Below are positions 25,178-42,249 of a stretch of 64,000 nucleotides of DNA, one piece after another. The stretch is taken from positions 115,630,001 through 115,694,000 of the forward strand of contig OX597818.1 in the NCBI GenBank assembly GCA_951406725.2, written 5' to 3'. A model generated the notes under the pieces. That model ran no database searches, was not told where the DNA came from, and worked only from the letters and a program-made list of their open reading frames with translations. Positions within the stretch are counted from its first letter, which is position 1. Each line of letters opens with the position of its first letter. Source of the DNA: Octopus vulgaris. Taxonomy: Eukaryota. The position numbers and the translations under genes are program-made.

Positions 25178-25238
25178 AGACACCAGTGGAAGGAGTCCAT
25201 AATTTAACCCTTTAGCATTCAGATTATTCAGTCAAATG

Positions 25239-25614
25239 ACCTTTATTCTCTTGAAAAACGCCACCGCCGTGGTGATCTCATTCTCGCCCACAACATCATA
25301 AGCGGAAAGTGTAACCTCTCGAAAGAGCTGTTCTTCACTCCTGCTCCAGAGCGTCGGCTGCGGGGTCATTCCGAAAAGCTCTACCTGCGACGATTTCATC
25401 TCAATCGAAGGAGAGGAGCTTTCTCCGTCCGGGTTGCGGATCCGTGGAACAAGCTGCCAGACGAGATGGTGAAGATGCCGACGACCGCTTTGTTCAAAGC
25501 CTCCCTGGACCTCAAGTGGCCTGAACTCTTTACATGAACACCACCCTGTACTTAACTCCATGTCCCCCTACATGGCCTTGCTATTTGCTTTTGAGCCAAA
25601 TTAACTAACTAACT
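25239..25614 (+). mobile_element. CR1-clade LINE 3' end, inserted in a TTAA MITE
   Basis: Open frame DLYSLEKRHRRGDLILAHNIISG...RLRGHSEKL...RRGAFSVRVADPWNKLPDEMV...FKASLD*; (CTAA)n tail; aaatg duplicated at 25234-25238 and 25615-25619. Confidence 0.9.
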
Positions 25615-26027
25615 AAATGTAATGCTTATTTATTCACATTAATTTGCATTAATCATGTATTATCTTGTTGCTTTGAGACTGTGACAATGCTACTGTTCAA
25701 TTTTAAAATGATATTGTCGGGGTAAATGTAAGCGGTTAGATCTGGCTAATTTTAACACAGAACAGGTAGAATATAATGAGATGGATATAGCCTGTTCAAA
25801 TGCTAAACAGCTAAGAAACAGAATAACCAAATTCAGAAAATATTATTATATATTATAAATGGTTGGTATAGCGTGGCTGAAAATTCATGATTTCTCTTGG
25901 GAAAGAAAGAGCAGTGGTCTCATGTTGCCTTTTATGGGTTTATTTAATTTACTCTGCATAATTACACTTTGTAAAAAAAATATGAAGAAGTGGACAAGCT
26001 GAAGTTGCTACAGGTAAGACAAACATA

Positions 26028-26235
26028 GATTCTTTTCTACTCTAGGCACAAGGCCCGAAATTTGGGGGGAGGGGGGGCCAGTCGATTAGATCAACCCCAG
26101 TACACAACTGGTACTTAATTCAAGGATGAAAGGCAAAGCTGACCCCGGTGGCATTTGAACTCAGAACATGAAGACAGACGAAATACCGCTAAGCATTTCA
26201 CTCGGCATGCCAATGATTCTGCCAGCTTACCTCCT
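26028..26235 (-). mobile_element. SINE C monomer
   Basis: Head-to-tail match to family; flanked by taagacaaa repeats. Confidence 0.85.
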
Positions 26236-26244
26236 TAAGACAAA

Positions 26245-26547
26245 TGAGGCACATGGTCTAGTGGTTAGAGCAGCCGACTCGTGGTCGAGGGATCACGAGT
26301 TCAAATCTCAGACCAGGCGATATGTGTGTTTATGAGCGAAACACCTAAGCTCCACGCAGCTCCGGCAGAAGGTAATGGCGAACTTCTGCTGATTGTTTCG
26401 CCACAACTTTCTCTCACTCTTTCCTCCTGCATCTTGCAGCTCACTTATGACGGACTGGCGTCCCATCCAGGTGGGGAACCTATACGCCAAGGAAACTTGG
26501 AAACCGGCCCTTATGAGCCAGGCATGGCTCGAGAAGGAACAAACAAA
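26245..26547 (+). mobile_element. tRNA-derived SINE family D, full length
   Basis: A-box TGGTCTAGTGG, B-box GAGTTCAAATC, (AAAC)n tail, 11-bp TSD cttaagacaaa (26234-26244; 26548-26558); second copy at 50425-50700. Confidence 0.9.
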
Positions 26548-26639
26548 CTTAAGACAAACATATATTATCAAGAATGGTGAAGAAAAAAGTCCTAAGGACA
26601 TACATAGACCTATTTCTACATGTAGTTGGGTGACCTAGA

Positions 26640-26900
26640 ATATCAACTGTCAATGCTGCAGGGATGTGGGTCCTTAAATGAATGCTTTCTGATATTGATA
26701 GAAAGACAGGCTTTGAAATACTTAGATTAGCAGAAACCAGAAAAATTCTTGACAACATAAGGAGACAATAAGCAAAGTTCATTGGACGCAATATAAGAAA
26801 AGGCTTTGAACAATTGGTGATAACAGGTAAAATGAAAGGAAGAAGAAGCTGGGTGGGGGACAGCGTTATCAGTTGGCTGACAGGGACAAGAACATTGTGT
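26640..26900 (+). mobile_element. RTE/BovB-like LINE C-terminal fragment, decayed
   Basis: EILRLAETRKILDNIRRQ*AKFIGRNIRKGFEQLVITGKMKGRRS resembles the RTE FGHI.R...LE..I..GK..G.R motif. Confidence 0.6.
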
Positions 26901-27736
26901 GGGGGATGGGAGTGGGTGGTCATACAGGATGACCAACATTGCCAGATCGGATTGAAGCCTGGTGCAGCCTCCTGGCTCACCACTCCTCAGTCAAACCATC
27001 CAACCCATGGCAGCATGGAAAGCAAATGTTAAACGACAATGATGATGATGATGATGACAGTCACATTTGACAGGGTCTGGACTCGGTCTGATGGGAGGGA
27101 ACATTAAAAATCAACCATTATATAAGATTATGGTTACTATTGCAACACCAAACCTGACACAAAGTGACGGAATATATAATGACAGACTAACAGACAGACA
27201 GATGGAAATTCAGAGACAGGCAAGCTGAGAGTGACTAAAGACCAAAATAAACAGAAGCAGTTACCGAGAGAAATATATAAAAGATTAGAAAAGAGAATGT
27301 CATGAAAATAAATACATGAATATATAAGAAAAAAAGTGGCAAAGATAAGCAGTGAAAACCATGATAGGAAGACAGTTTAGCGCAGGAAATGCATAAAGAT
27401 TGAGACAACGTCTTCCAGATCACGAAAAGAGAGAATTTGAAACTAATTTGAGTTAATATACCACAAGAGGAAAGAGAAAAAGAGAAGAAAGGAAAAGATA
27501 AAGCAAACAAGATATTCGTATAACCTGTATCACATGACCTGCATGAAAAAATATCCGAGGAAAAGCAAAAAGAAAAACATACAACAAAGAAGACAGTGAA
27601 AGGAAATGTCAGAGTGTAAAAAGTGAAAGTAGAGTTGTGCGACAAAATGGTCAAAGAATGAAGTACGCAGTGACAAAGCGATGATTGATTGAATGAATAC
27701 GACTATATTATTGAATTTTTTTTATATCTGTTTGGT

Positions 27737-28135
27737 AGGCATGGCTGTGAGGTAAGCAGTCTGCATCTCAACCATGTGGTTCCAGGTTCAGTCCCACTGA
27801 GTGGTACCTTGGGCAAGATTTTTCTACTATAGCTTCAGGTGAGCCAACACCTTGTGAGTGGCTTTGATAGACAAACTACAAGAAGCCTGTCATACACATG
27901 CACATGTGTGTGTATGTGTGTGTTTGTACCCCACCACCACCTGACAACTGGTGTTGGTGTGTTTACATCCCTATAGCTTAGCTGTCAAGCGAAAGAGACA
28001 GACAGAATAAGTATCAGGCTCTAAAGAGAAAAAAAAAAGGTGCTGGGATCAATTCGTTCAACTAAAATTCTTCAAGGTGGTGCCCCAGCATGGCCACAGC
28101 CTAATGGCTGAAACAAGCAAAAGACTAAAAGATAA
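27737..28135 (+). mobile_element. SINE A, older subfamily
   Basis: Head plus tail ggtggtgccccagcatggccacagcctaatggctgaaac. Confidence 0.85.
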
Positions 28136-28641
28136 ATGACCTGATCTTAGATTGTGTTGTAACTGAAACCATGATAGGATGGAAGTGCCATGTAAATGCT
28201 TTTCCACACACACACACACAAACACACAAACACAAACACGCATACAAACACACACACAAACAAACACAAACACAGAGTCAAAGGCTTTTATATTTTGTTT
28301 TTTAATAGCATTCCAACATAAATACAATAATAGTATGTATGTGTGTATGTGTGTGTGTGTGTGAATAATGTGTGTGTCATGATTCAACCACTAATTGTTA
28401 TTAGATTTTGACATGTTGCCTATTAGTTTTAGATTTTGCTCTTACAGTCATAAAACAGAAAGTCTGCATTGTAGACTTAGTATGGAGCGGTAACACTAAC
28501 CAGTGACTTCTATAAGTACAAACCAGCTTGCCAGTAACGGGTTCGAATATGCCTCAAGCACATCTGAACTGATAACACGTTTGTAGACTCAAACAGAAAG
28601 GGAATAATCTATCGTCAGAGAAAACTTAATTCTATAGAATA

Positions 28642-29028
28642 CTAGCAGTATCACCCGGCGTCAGGCTTGTTTCAACCCTTTAGAATTGGAATTTTTGAAA
28701 AGTAAGAATTTTGCATAATGTAGCTTGTTATTCTCTTTAAGTGAACATTTTTCTGGTTGAAATACACCGAAAAATGGCAACACAGCAGTCAAAAAATCGT
28801 AAAAAATTTTTTTTCATAGAAAAAAAGCACCTTTTTGATGTAAATAATTTTTGGTGTTAACATGGTCTGATTTGAATTTCTTTCTTCTATGGAAGGAAGA
28901 GCAAGCCTTTTTCTATCATACTCTCAATTTTGGTCAACTTGCACCGCAGGGTCTCAGAGGAGATAGTGTTAGTTGAAGGCTACAAAACCTGCCATACGCA
29001 GACAATTTCAGATTTATATAGAGTGAGA
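28642..29028 (-). mobile_element. Non-autonomous Helitron (second family)
   Basis: Plus strand a|ctagcagtatcacccggcg (minus-strand 3' CTAG with partial hairpin); other end atttatatagagtgaga|t (minus-strand 5' TC). Confidence 0.6.
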
Positions 29029-29859
29029 TTTAGGCTAAAAAAGAAATTGTGAATAAGAACTATAAATAACATCAATATCATGATAACATGTGCAAGACAT
29101 TTTTTAAGAGGATACAGACATATGAACTGTAACAAACTTTTTTGCTTCCATTACTCAGGCAGCTACCATACCAAATAGGGGGCAGCTGTAATCGTTTCAT
29201 CCATGCAAGAACTATTTTCTTTGAGGTTTGGAAGTTTATATTCTGCCGTCAGTAAAAGGGGTTTATGACAAAGACTTTTGCCTCACAAACAGCCCAACTG
29301 AAGACTGGTCCCACATGGTAAGATGAACAATTTGTTCCAAGCAGCTGCAAGAGATTGTAGTGTTGAGCTCAAGCCTTCATGTGAGTGAAACTTAAGAGGA
29401 AGATGCATTCTATGGGGCTGACCTTGTCCACCATGATATACACTACACCATCACCTGGCACAAAACCACTCCTCTCAATATTACTTCCTGCCCTTCAGTT
29501 GAGGGGCCTTTGTCTTGCAGGTTTCTTGAAGACCTCACTGGTGCTGGTGCCACATAAATAGCACCCAGAACACAATGTAAAGAGGTTGGCATTAGGAAGA
29601 GCATAGAAACCAGCCATAGAAACTGTGCCGAAATGGATAGCCGGGCTTGGTGCAATCCTCTGGCTCGCCAACTCCTGTCAAACCATGAAACCCATTCCAA
29701 CATGGTAAACAGGCATTTAATGATGATGAAGACAGAATCATCAGTGTTGCTCTTATGACAAAATGGATCAAATGACTTGCCCCAAGCCACACAACATTTT
29801 CCAGTAACCATAGAAAGAGTTTACTAACAAAATATTATCAGAATTATTTAAAACAGGAT

Positions 29860-30056
29860 TACTCTACTCTCTTTTACTGTGGCCATGCTGGAGCACCACC
29901 TTTAGTTGACCAAATCGACCCCAGGACTTATTCTTTGTAAGCCTAGTACTTATTCTATTGGTCTCTTTTGCTGAGCAGCTAAGTTACGGGGGACATAAAC
30001 ACACCAGTATCCGTTGTCAAGAGATGTTGGGGCGACAAACACAGACACAAACATAT

Positions 30057-30087
<31 letters not shown>

Positions 30088-30258
30088 CATATATACGATG
30101 GACTTCTTTCAGTTTCTGTCTACCAAATCCACCCACAAGGCTTTGGTTGGCCCGAGGCTATAGTAGAAGACACTTGCCCAAGGTGCCACACAGTGGGACT
30201 GAACCCGGAACCATGTGGTTCGTAAGCAAGTTACTTACCACAGAGCTACTCCTATGCC
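29860..30258 (-). mobile_element. SINE A
   Basis: Family match; tail hairpin deleted. Confidence 0.9.
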
Positions 30259-30611
30259 TAATAGTTAAAAAAAAAAAAATAAAACTAGCTCAGTGATCTT
30301 TTCAATGATGTTACCATTAAAATTTGCTTTGTATGATAGAATATTGAATATATAGCATAAATCTCTCATAATTCTGTTATAACATCATTCTGAAGTAAAC
30401 TTGATTGAATTTATCCAAAGGGAGCAACATTAATTTGTAATTAACAATCTTTTCATTCCATAAGTATTGATGATGTTGTTGTTCTTGTTTAGCTCCAGGT
30501 CAACTTAATCAAGCAAACCAATTATCAAAGACATTCCAGTTTTCCCCTCCATTCAAAATTTTTAAGGATATCCTGAATCACATTAACAAATGTGTTGCTT
30601 CATCAGCTTCA

Positions 30612-30790
30612 TAGGCACAGGAGTGGCTGTGTGGTGTGTAGCTTGCTTACCAACCACATGGTTCCAGGTTCAGTCCCACTGTGTGGCACCTTGGGCAAGT
30701 GTCTTCTACTGTAGCCTTGGGCTGATCAAAGCCTTCTGAGTGGATTTGGTAAACGGAAACTGAAAGAAGACCATCGTGCGTGTGTGTGTG

Positions 30791-30822
<32 letters not shown>

Positions 30823-31073
30823 TATATATATATATATATGTATATATATGTGTGTGTATATGTTTGTGTGTCTGAGTTTGTTCCCCCCAACATCGCTTGA
30901 CAACCGATGCTGGTGTGTTTACGTCCCCGTAACTTAGCGGTTCGGCAAGAGAAACCGATAGAATAAGTACTAGGCTTACAAAGAATAAGTCCTGGGGTCG
31001 ATCTGCTCGACTAAAGGGGGTGCTCCAGCGTGGCCACAGTCAAATGACTGAAACAAATAAAAGAAAGAATAAA
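30612..31073 (+). mobile_element. SINE A, full length
   Basis: ggcacaggagTGGCTGTGTGG...GGTTCAGTCC, internal TA/TG microsatellite, tail ggccacagtcaaatgactgaaac. Confidence 0.92.
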
Positions 31074-31224
31074 AAGCTGTAATATGATGTGATGGATATT
31101 CGGCTGCTATTCCTAGCATGTCAAAGGGACCTAGGTACAGGGTCACAAATTTTTGAATAATGGTAGGGGAAACAGATAAACTGATACCATTGCTTGTTCC
31201 ATAATTATTTTATTGATCTCATAT

Positions 31225-31590
31225 AATCATCATCATCTAACGTCCGTTTTCCATGCTAGCATGGGTTGGACGGTTCGACCGGGGTCTGGGGAGCCAGAAG
31301 GCTGCACCAGGCTCCAATCTGATCTGGGAGTGTTTCTACAGCTGGATGCCCTTCCTAGTGCCAACCACTCCGCGAGTGTAGTGGGTGCTTTTTACGTGCC
31401 AGGCAAGGCTGGCAACAGCCACGATCAGTTGGTGCTTTTTACGTGCCACCGGCATGGAAGCCAGTCAAAGCGGGGCTGGCATTGGCCACGTTCGGATGGT
31501 GCTTTTTACGTGCCACCGGCACAGGGATCACAACTGCAATTTCCATTGATTTTTTATGCTGATGTACTTGACTCAATAGGTCTCCTCAAG
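31225..31590 (-). mobile_element. SINE B with three modules
   Basis: Family match. Confidence 0.9.
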
Positions 31591-31907
31591 CACAGGGTCG
31601 AAATAGTGTTTCTTTACTCGCCACCTGCACAGGAATCAGTCCAATGAAAGATAAAGTTGACCCCCTAATGGTAATTGGAGTCAGAACATAAACACTCTAA
31701 GGCATTTTGTCTGGACGGCACTCAACCAATTCTGTTACTCTACTGACCATCATTCCTTAAATACTAATGTTAAACAATGCAAATAAGGAAGCACTTATGT
31801 AGTCACTTGACCCACTAAATATAACAGTCAAATCACTTTCAAATCACACAATCACTGTCTTAAAAGGGAGAAGGACACATCAAATAATGTCATTCTAGAT
31901 AGCCACT

Positions 31908-32298
31908 ATACTCTTTACTCTTTTACTTGTTTCAGTCATTTGATTGCGGCCATGCTGGAGCACCGCCTTTAGTCAAGCAAACTGACCCCAGGACTTATTC
32001 TTTGTAAGCCTAGTACTTATTCTATCGGTCTCTTTTGCCGAACTGCTAAGTTACGGGGACGTAAACACACCAGCATCGGTTGTCAAGTGATGTTGGGGGA
32101 ACAAACACAGACACACAAACACACATATATATACAATGGGCTTCTTTCAGTTTCTGTCTACTAAATCCACTCACAAGGCTTCAACCGGCTTGAGACTACA
32201 GTAGAATACACTTGCCCAAGGTGTCACACAGTGGGACTGAACCCGGAATCGTGTGGTTGGTAAGCAAGCTACTTACCACACAGCCACTCCTGCGCCTA
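31908..32298 (-). mobile_element. SINE A, full length
   Basis: Family match including the (ctcttttact)-type tail. Confidence 0.92.
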
Positions 32299-32689
32299 TA
32301 AGATGGGAGTCCCATAAGTGGAAAGCATTTGATCATAGATTTGCCTGACAAAGGTGATGTAGGGTCAGCTAAATAACAACAACAACAACAACAAACAATA
32401 CAAAAGCCAATCAACTTAGTAATGAGCATCAAGTATTTATGAGTGTGTAGAAACAGGCATTGCACATGTGAATGTGTGCATGTAGGTGTGTGTGTGTATA
32501 TATTATGTATATGTGTGTATGTATGCATGTATGTGCATCTATGTTTGTACAACAGTGTTCATGTGTAGTTTGTGGTAGATCCTAAGGCAATTCTTTTCAT
32601 TCTATCTGCAGCTGCTTTGAATCACTACCTTCATTTCTTATAATTGAAAACGGTGAATGTGCTGCATGCATAATGTATAGGCATCTGGG

Positions 32690-33655
<966 letters not shown>

Positions 33656-35899
33656 CCTTAAATCCTTAAAAATGTTTTAGCCCGAAGGCCGCGGCCATGC
33701 TGGGGCACCACCGCTGAATGAGCTACACTAGTTTGTGAATCCACCTCTGATACGTGGCACTTGATCAACAAGGGAGTTCGATGCTGCTGCCCGCATCCGT
33801 GTCTCCTGTCGTGAGGTAGGTTCATCTGGGACTCCCAACAAGAAGAGATCCAGTTTAGTTTTAAAGAAACCCACATCCACACCATGTAAGTCTCTCAGGC
33901 ATTTAGGGAGGATGTTAAAGAGCTGTGGTCCTCTGAAACCCAAGCTGTTGCAGTATCTGGACCTGTATTTTGATGGTGATGTTGGAATCCTTGGCACCAC
34001 GCAGCGGCGCCCCGTTCTGCGGTTGGAGTAACTTTGAATGCCAAAGTTTGGGACAAGACCCTCCAGGATTTTCCAGATGTATATCACTGCATATCTCTCC
34101 CGCCTCCGCTCCAGGGAGAAGAGGTTTAATACCTTCAGTCTTTCCCAGTAGCTGACATTTTGCATTGAGACGATTTTCTTTGTGTAGCTTCTCTGAGTTG
34201 CTTCGAGTTCTGCTGTTTGTTTTATATTGTGTGGTGACCAAAGTTGGGAGCAGTAGTCCAAGCGGCTGAGGACAAATGTTTTCCATAGGACCATCAGTGT
34301 CTCCTTCTCTCTTGTTCTGAAAGTTCGGAGAATCCATCCAGCTAGCCGTCTGCATTTTATCACCAGATTAGCAATATGCATTTGGAAAGATGCATCATTG
34401 CTCATGTCAATGCCCAGGTCACGCACTGATTTTGACTCAGGGATTGCAATTCTTCCTGGGCCAGTGTATCCAGTCTTCACGTCATTTACCTTTGTGTGCC
34501 AGTAGCGCAGGGCCTGGAACTTACCTGCATTAAACTGCATGTTGTTGTCCTCAGCCCACCTGTATATTGTGTCCAGCTCATGTTGCAGATGCGCAATATT
34601 TTCAGGGTTTTGTATTGCGTGGGAGACTTTTGTGTCATCTGCATAGCTAGCAAGGGTGGTCATCGTAGCAACTGAAGGCATGTCTGAAAGGGCCACTATG
34701 AACATCAGTGGCCCCAAGACAGTGCCCTGTGGGACACCGCTTGTTATTTGCGTTTCCCTGGAGGTGGCTCCATTGCTCACAACTGCCTGTTTTCTGTCTT
34801 TTAGGAAGTTGTGCAGCCACTCTCCAAGTTTCCCGCCTATGCCGAGACCACGCAGTTTGTGACAGATCATACCATGGTCGACTTTATCAAAGGCTTTTGC
34901 AAAGTCAAGATATATTACATCCACATTTGAGCCATTTAGTAGCTGTTTCAACACCCAGTCATAGTGTTGCAGGAGCTGTGTTAGGCAGCCTCTACCTGGT
35001 CGAAATCCATGCTGGGTGTCAGACAGTAAGTCATTTTCTTCAAGGAACATGATTAGTTTCTTACGGACTATTCGTTCCATGACTTTGCTGATGTGTGAGG
35101 TCAGAGAGATAGGCCTATAATTTTTAGCATCTGCTCTGCTACCTCCCTTATGGATAGGGCATATTACCCCCTCTTTCAGTTTGACTGGGAGCTTACCACT
35201 TGCAAGAAAGCTCTGAAAAAGAAGCTGTAGCGGTTTTGCAAGGGCTCGTTTGCACGATTTGAGAAGGATCGCTGGGAATCCATCAGGTCCAGCAGCTGAG
35301 TTTGTGTCAATCTCATCAATGGCTAGTGTGATATCATCTTCTTCGATGTTGATGTACTCAATTTTTGTCTCTTTGGCCGCTGGTAAAGTGGCAAAGAATT
35401 CTTCTGGGTTGTTTACTTGCCTGTGTCCTAGAGGTGTAGTGAACACACTTTGGAACTGTTCGTTCAGTATTTCACTTATCCTCGTGGGATTTCCTGTGAG
35501 AGAGCCATCTTTTTGGAAGAGAGGTCCTATTCTCTGGTGCACTGTGGCTGTCTCTTTGGCAAACTTAAAGAAAGCTTTAGGGTTTGATTTTATATTTTCT
35601 ATTACCCAAGCTTCTTTATCTGCTCTCTCCTTTTCATGGGACTGATGTAGACTTTTCTCAGTTTCCATTAGCATTCTTTCGAGCCGAGACTTCTCACCAC
35701 TTTTGGTGTGCTTGCTCAGGCGGTTTGCAATCCTTGTCCGTCGTCTCATAAGAATCCTCCTTTCTCTAGGGATCCTGTTTTTATTCTTGTGTGTGCTGGC
35801 CCTGCACATTGGGACATATTTGTCACATATGGCTTGTATTATGGACATGAAGTGTTTGTGTTTCATGTTTATGTCCGGTGTGGAGAGACATTCAGGCCA
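33656..35899 (-). mobile_element. CR1-group non-LTR retrotransposon, 5'-truncated, inserted in (TA)n
   Basis: RT-bearing ORF, short 3' UTR with ggtggtgccccagcatggcc + cUUCGg hairpin and (TTTAAGGA)2 tail; TA repeats abut both ends. Confidence 0.95.
33728..35899 (-). CDS. LINE ORF2 portion (linker + reverse transcriptase + C-terminal domain, 723 aa; no start codon or endonuclease)
   Basis: Uninterrupted frame with [69 protein letters not shown] motifs. Confidence 0.9.
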   Translation of the reverse strand, partial: WPECLSTPDINMKHKHFMSIIQAICDKYVPMCRASTHKNKNRIPRERRILMRRRTRIANRLSKHTKSGEKSRLERMLMETEKSLHQSHEKERADKEAWVIENIKSNPKAFFKFAKETATVHQRIGPLFQKDGSLTGNPTRISEILNEQFQSVFTTPLGHRQVNNPEEFFATLPAAKETKIEYINIEEDDITLAIDEIDTNSAAGPDGFPAILLKSCKRALAKPLQLLFQSFLASGKLPVKLKEGVICPIHKGGSRADAKNYRPISLTSHISKVMERIVRKKLIMFLEENDLLSDTQHGFRPGRGCLTQLLQHYDWVLKQLLNGSNVDVIYLDFAKAFDKVDHGMICHKLRGLGIGGKLGEWLHNFLKDRKQAVVSNGATSRETQITSGVPQGTVLGPLMFIVALSDMPSVATMTTLASYADDTKVSHAIQNPENIAHLQHELDTIYRWAEDNNMQFNAGKFQALRYWHTKVNDVKTGYTGPGRIAIPESKSVRDLGIDMSNDASFQMHIANLVIKCRRLAGWILRTFRTREKETLMVLWKTFVLSRLDYCSQLWSPHNIKQTAELEATQRSYTKKIVSMQNVSYWERLKVLNLFSLERRRERYAVIYIWKILEGLVPNFGIQSYSNRRTGRRCVVPRIPTSPSKYRSRYCNSLGFRGPQLFNILPKCLRDLHGVDVGFFKTKLDLFLLGVPDEPTSRQETRMRAAASNSLVDQVPRIRGGFTN

Positions 35900-37415
<1,516 letters not shown>

Positions 37416-37617
37416 GAAGTCTTTGGACAGATTCCTTCAAGAAATCCCGGATAAACCCCCTACACCCGGATATGTCTCTGTAAACAATAACTCTCTACTT
37501 GAGTGGGCCATAGTGCCCAAATTCTGACTTGAAAGACTTCACCAGGTGGTGCTATTAAGTTAGACATGGCCTGGGCCAATAATGGCCGAAACCTATCAAA
37601 GTATCAAAGTATCAAAG
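37416..37617 (+). mobile_element. 3' end of a second, distinct CR1-group LINE inserted in (TA)n
   Basis: [36 protein letters not shown] (37417-37527) parallels [15 protein letters not shown]...NSLVDQV of the first LINE; 3' UTR ggtggtgc...catggcc, hairpin ggcca-ataa-tggcc, gaaac, (TATCAAAG)3. Confidence 0.8.
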
Positions 37618-39415
<1,798 letters not shown>

Positions 39416-39429
39416 ATTAATTAATAATT

Positions 39430-39837
39430 AATTAATTATAATTATGCTGCATTTATTTCTAAATGCTGTATTTGTTTTCCGTGTGAGTTTGGCGCGCTGT
39501 TGGTTGGGGCATTTGAATTATAACGTCGGATGTAATCAATTGAACCACACGCGTATTTATCGTTATGGTAAAATCTGGCGTGTGATTGAGTGGATTTCAT
39601 CCAGATAGTCTTGGCTGACGAGCTACAAATGGATTATTGTAAGTAATATTACATTTAATTCATTAATAGCGAAACAATTGTCCCAAAATAATCTGTATTT
39701 TTGTTATTTTTTAGTTGCCCTGTCCGTGTGAGCTAACAGTCGTACTGGCTTTCATGGGAAACATGTATTTTCGTGGTTGAAACCTTTTGGATTAACTGGT
39801 GCTAGAGTGATCAATATAGTGACCACTCTCTTATATT

Positions 39838-39840
<3 letters not shown>
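39430..39840 (+). mobile_element. Penelope-like terminal repeat between TA runs
   Basis: ~410-bp CpG-retaining unit bounded by (TA)n and containing a complete hammerhead. Confidence 0.6.
39611..39686 (+). ncRNA. Type I hammerhead ribozyme, canonical core
   Basis: ttgg CTGACGA gcta...tagc GAAA caatt GTC ccaa: stem I ttgg/ccaa, long stem II, palindromic stem III acaattgt, GUC triplet at 39680-39682. Confidence 0.8.
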
Positions 39841-39891
<51 letters not shown>

Positions 39892-39911
39892 GGAGGGAGG
39901 GAGAGAAAAAG

Positions 39912-40265
<354 letters not shown>

Positions 40266-40279
40266 ATATAGATATATGT

Positions 40280-40600
40280 ATTTGCTTGTTTCAGTCATTA
40301 GAGTGCAGCCTTCAAAAATTTTTAATCAAATCAATCAACCCCAGTTGTTCTTTTTAAAAGCCTGGTATTTATTCCATCAGTCTCTTTTGCTAAACTACTA
40401 AGTTAATGGCACACAAACACATCAACGCCACTGGTCACACACACATATGTATACACGACAGGCTTCTTCCAGTTTCCATAAACCAAAACACTCTCAAAGT
40501 TTTGGTCAACCCAAGGGCAGAGTAGAAGACATTTTTCCTAGGTGCCATGCAGTGGGACTGAACTCAAAACCCTGTGGTTGAGAAGCAAACTTCTTACCAC
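40280..40600 (-). mobile_element. SINE A, old copy
   Basis: Family match, diverged. Confidence 0.75.
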
Positions 40601-40779
40601 CACCACCCCCCACACACACACATACCTTAGTCTCTCAGACCCACCAAACCCTTGCTCTCTCTCTCTCCCTCTCCTGCTAGTTGGGTCACTAACAAACTAT
40701 TTAATCAGATGCTGACCCCTCCCCCTGCACTGGGTTTGATAGACCTCACCTCTTAAATAGTCCACCATGAAGTGTGGAA

Positions 40780-40940
40780 TTCAGAAAGTCTTGATGGAAT
40801 GCCAGTGTTAATATTGAGTGGCCTTCTTATGATATGAGCAAACCATTTCACTCTCTTTCTTCTTATTACCTCAGTAATGTTGCATGTCATACAAAGAACT
40901 TCCCCTGTGGGAATATTTCTACACTTTAAGTATCTCATGG
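40780..40940 (-). mobile_element. RTE-like C-terminal fragment, decayed
   Basis: EVLCMTCNITEVIRRKRVKWFAHIIRRP resembles I...I..R.L.W.GH..R. Confidence 0.5.
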
Positions 40941-42051
40941 CTGTATTCACAAATGGTGGGAAGTAGGTGACTGAATTAGATGCTAGAATTGCAGTTCCAG
41001 CCTTTCATCTTCAGAAGAGGAGACGTTGGTAAAAAAGCCAATCTTGCTATCTTTAATTTGGTTTTATGCCTATCGTTATCAGTCTTGAGTGCTGGGTAAT
41101 GAATTGAAAAGGGTACGATTGTGAACACAAGCAGCTGAAATGGGATTCCTCTGAAGGGCCTCTGGAATCATGTTATTTGACAGGGTGCAGAGTTTAGAGA
41201 TCAAAAAGCCTCGACTTCTAACAGCAGAAACAGCCGTAAGCTAATGAAGTGCATGGCACAATTACTTATTCCTTGGTCGTTTGAATTTTTTCTTGGCCTT
41301 ATTTCTGCCATATCCTTTCAAAATTTCTCCTAGGTATTACCCATTACAATTTGTCTTGGCCTAACAGCCCTTTATGTCTGTCTTCATTGATTGTTTACTC
41401 TATACGTCCTACCTCTGGTGCTGTTTGTTTCTTTCAAAGCCCTTACTTTCCACAAGTTTTATATTTTTAAAATTTCTGGATGCTGCTGTCATATGAAGTT
41501 TTCCTGTCTTGTCATTAAAAGCACGAAACAAGGAGTAATATCACAGTCAACAACTGAGGAGGGGTTAAACTTCTTTTGGTATTTTGTCCCGTACTTATCT
41601 CTCATTGTGTGTTTACATATTTTTCACTTGTTGGTGATATCCTGTTCTTAATGTGTATTTTTTCATTTGTATTTAGGTCTGTGCCTGTGTCTGATATACG
41701 GAGAGAAAGTAAGAGAGTAAAACACGAATTTTGGCCACCATTCAAATCAAATGATCTGCAGTGCTTCAGGTGAGTCACAAGTATTGACCTGAAGGAACCA
41801 TTAGGGTGTGTGTGTGTGTGTGTGTGTATGTTTGTTCCCCACCGCCTCTTGACAATCAGTGTTGTATCATTTACCTCCCCATAACTTAGCAGTTCAGCAT
41901 AAGCGATCAACAGATTAAGTACCAGGCTTAAAAAATAAGTACTGGGCTCAATTCCTTCAACCAAAACCCTTCAAATCAGTGCCCCAGTATGGCCACAGTC
42001 CTTTGACTGAAACATTACGTACTATCTTTATAAACGGTAGCATAAACTAAA

Positions 42052-42088
<37 letters not shown>

Positions 42089-42249
42089 GCTGCGACCATG
42101 CCAGCATTTGTTCGTCCATAATAAATCTAAAAGTACGTTATCCAATGTGACATTCCATTTGTTATGTTGAGGTATGATTTGAGGGAGATTTATTTAACTG
42201 CTATTTCTAACATGCTGAGCAACAGCGTTGAGACTTCTTCGTTGGATCG

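Noticed and set aside
26245-26320. tRNA gene
   Set aside because: A/B boxes are present but there is no clean cloverleaf or T-run terminator; it continues into a SINE body with tail and TSD.
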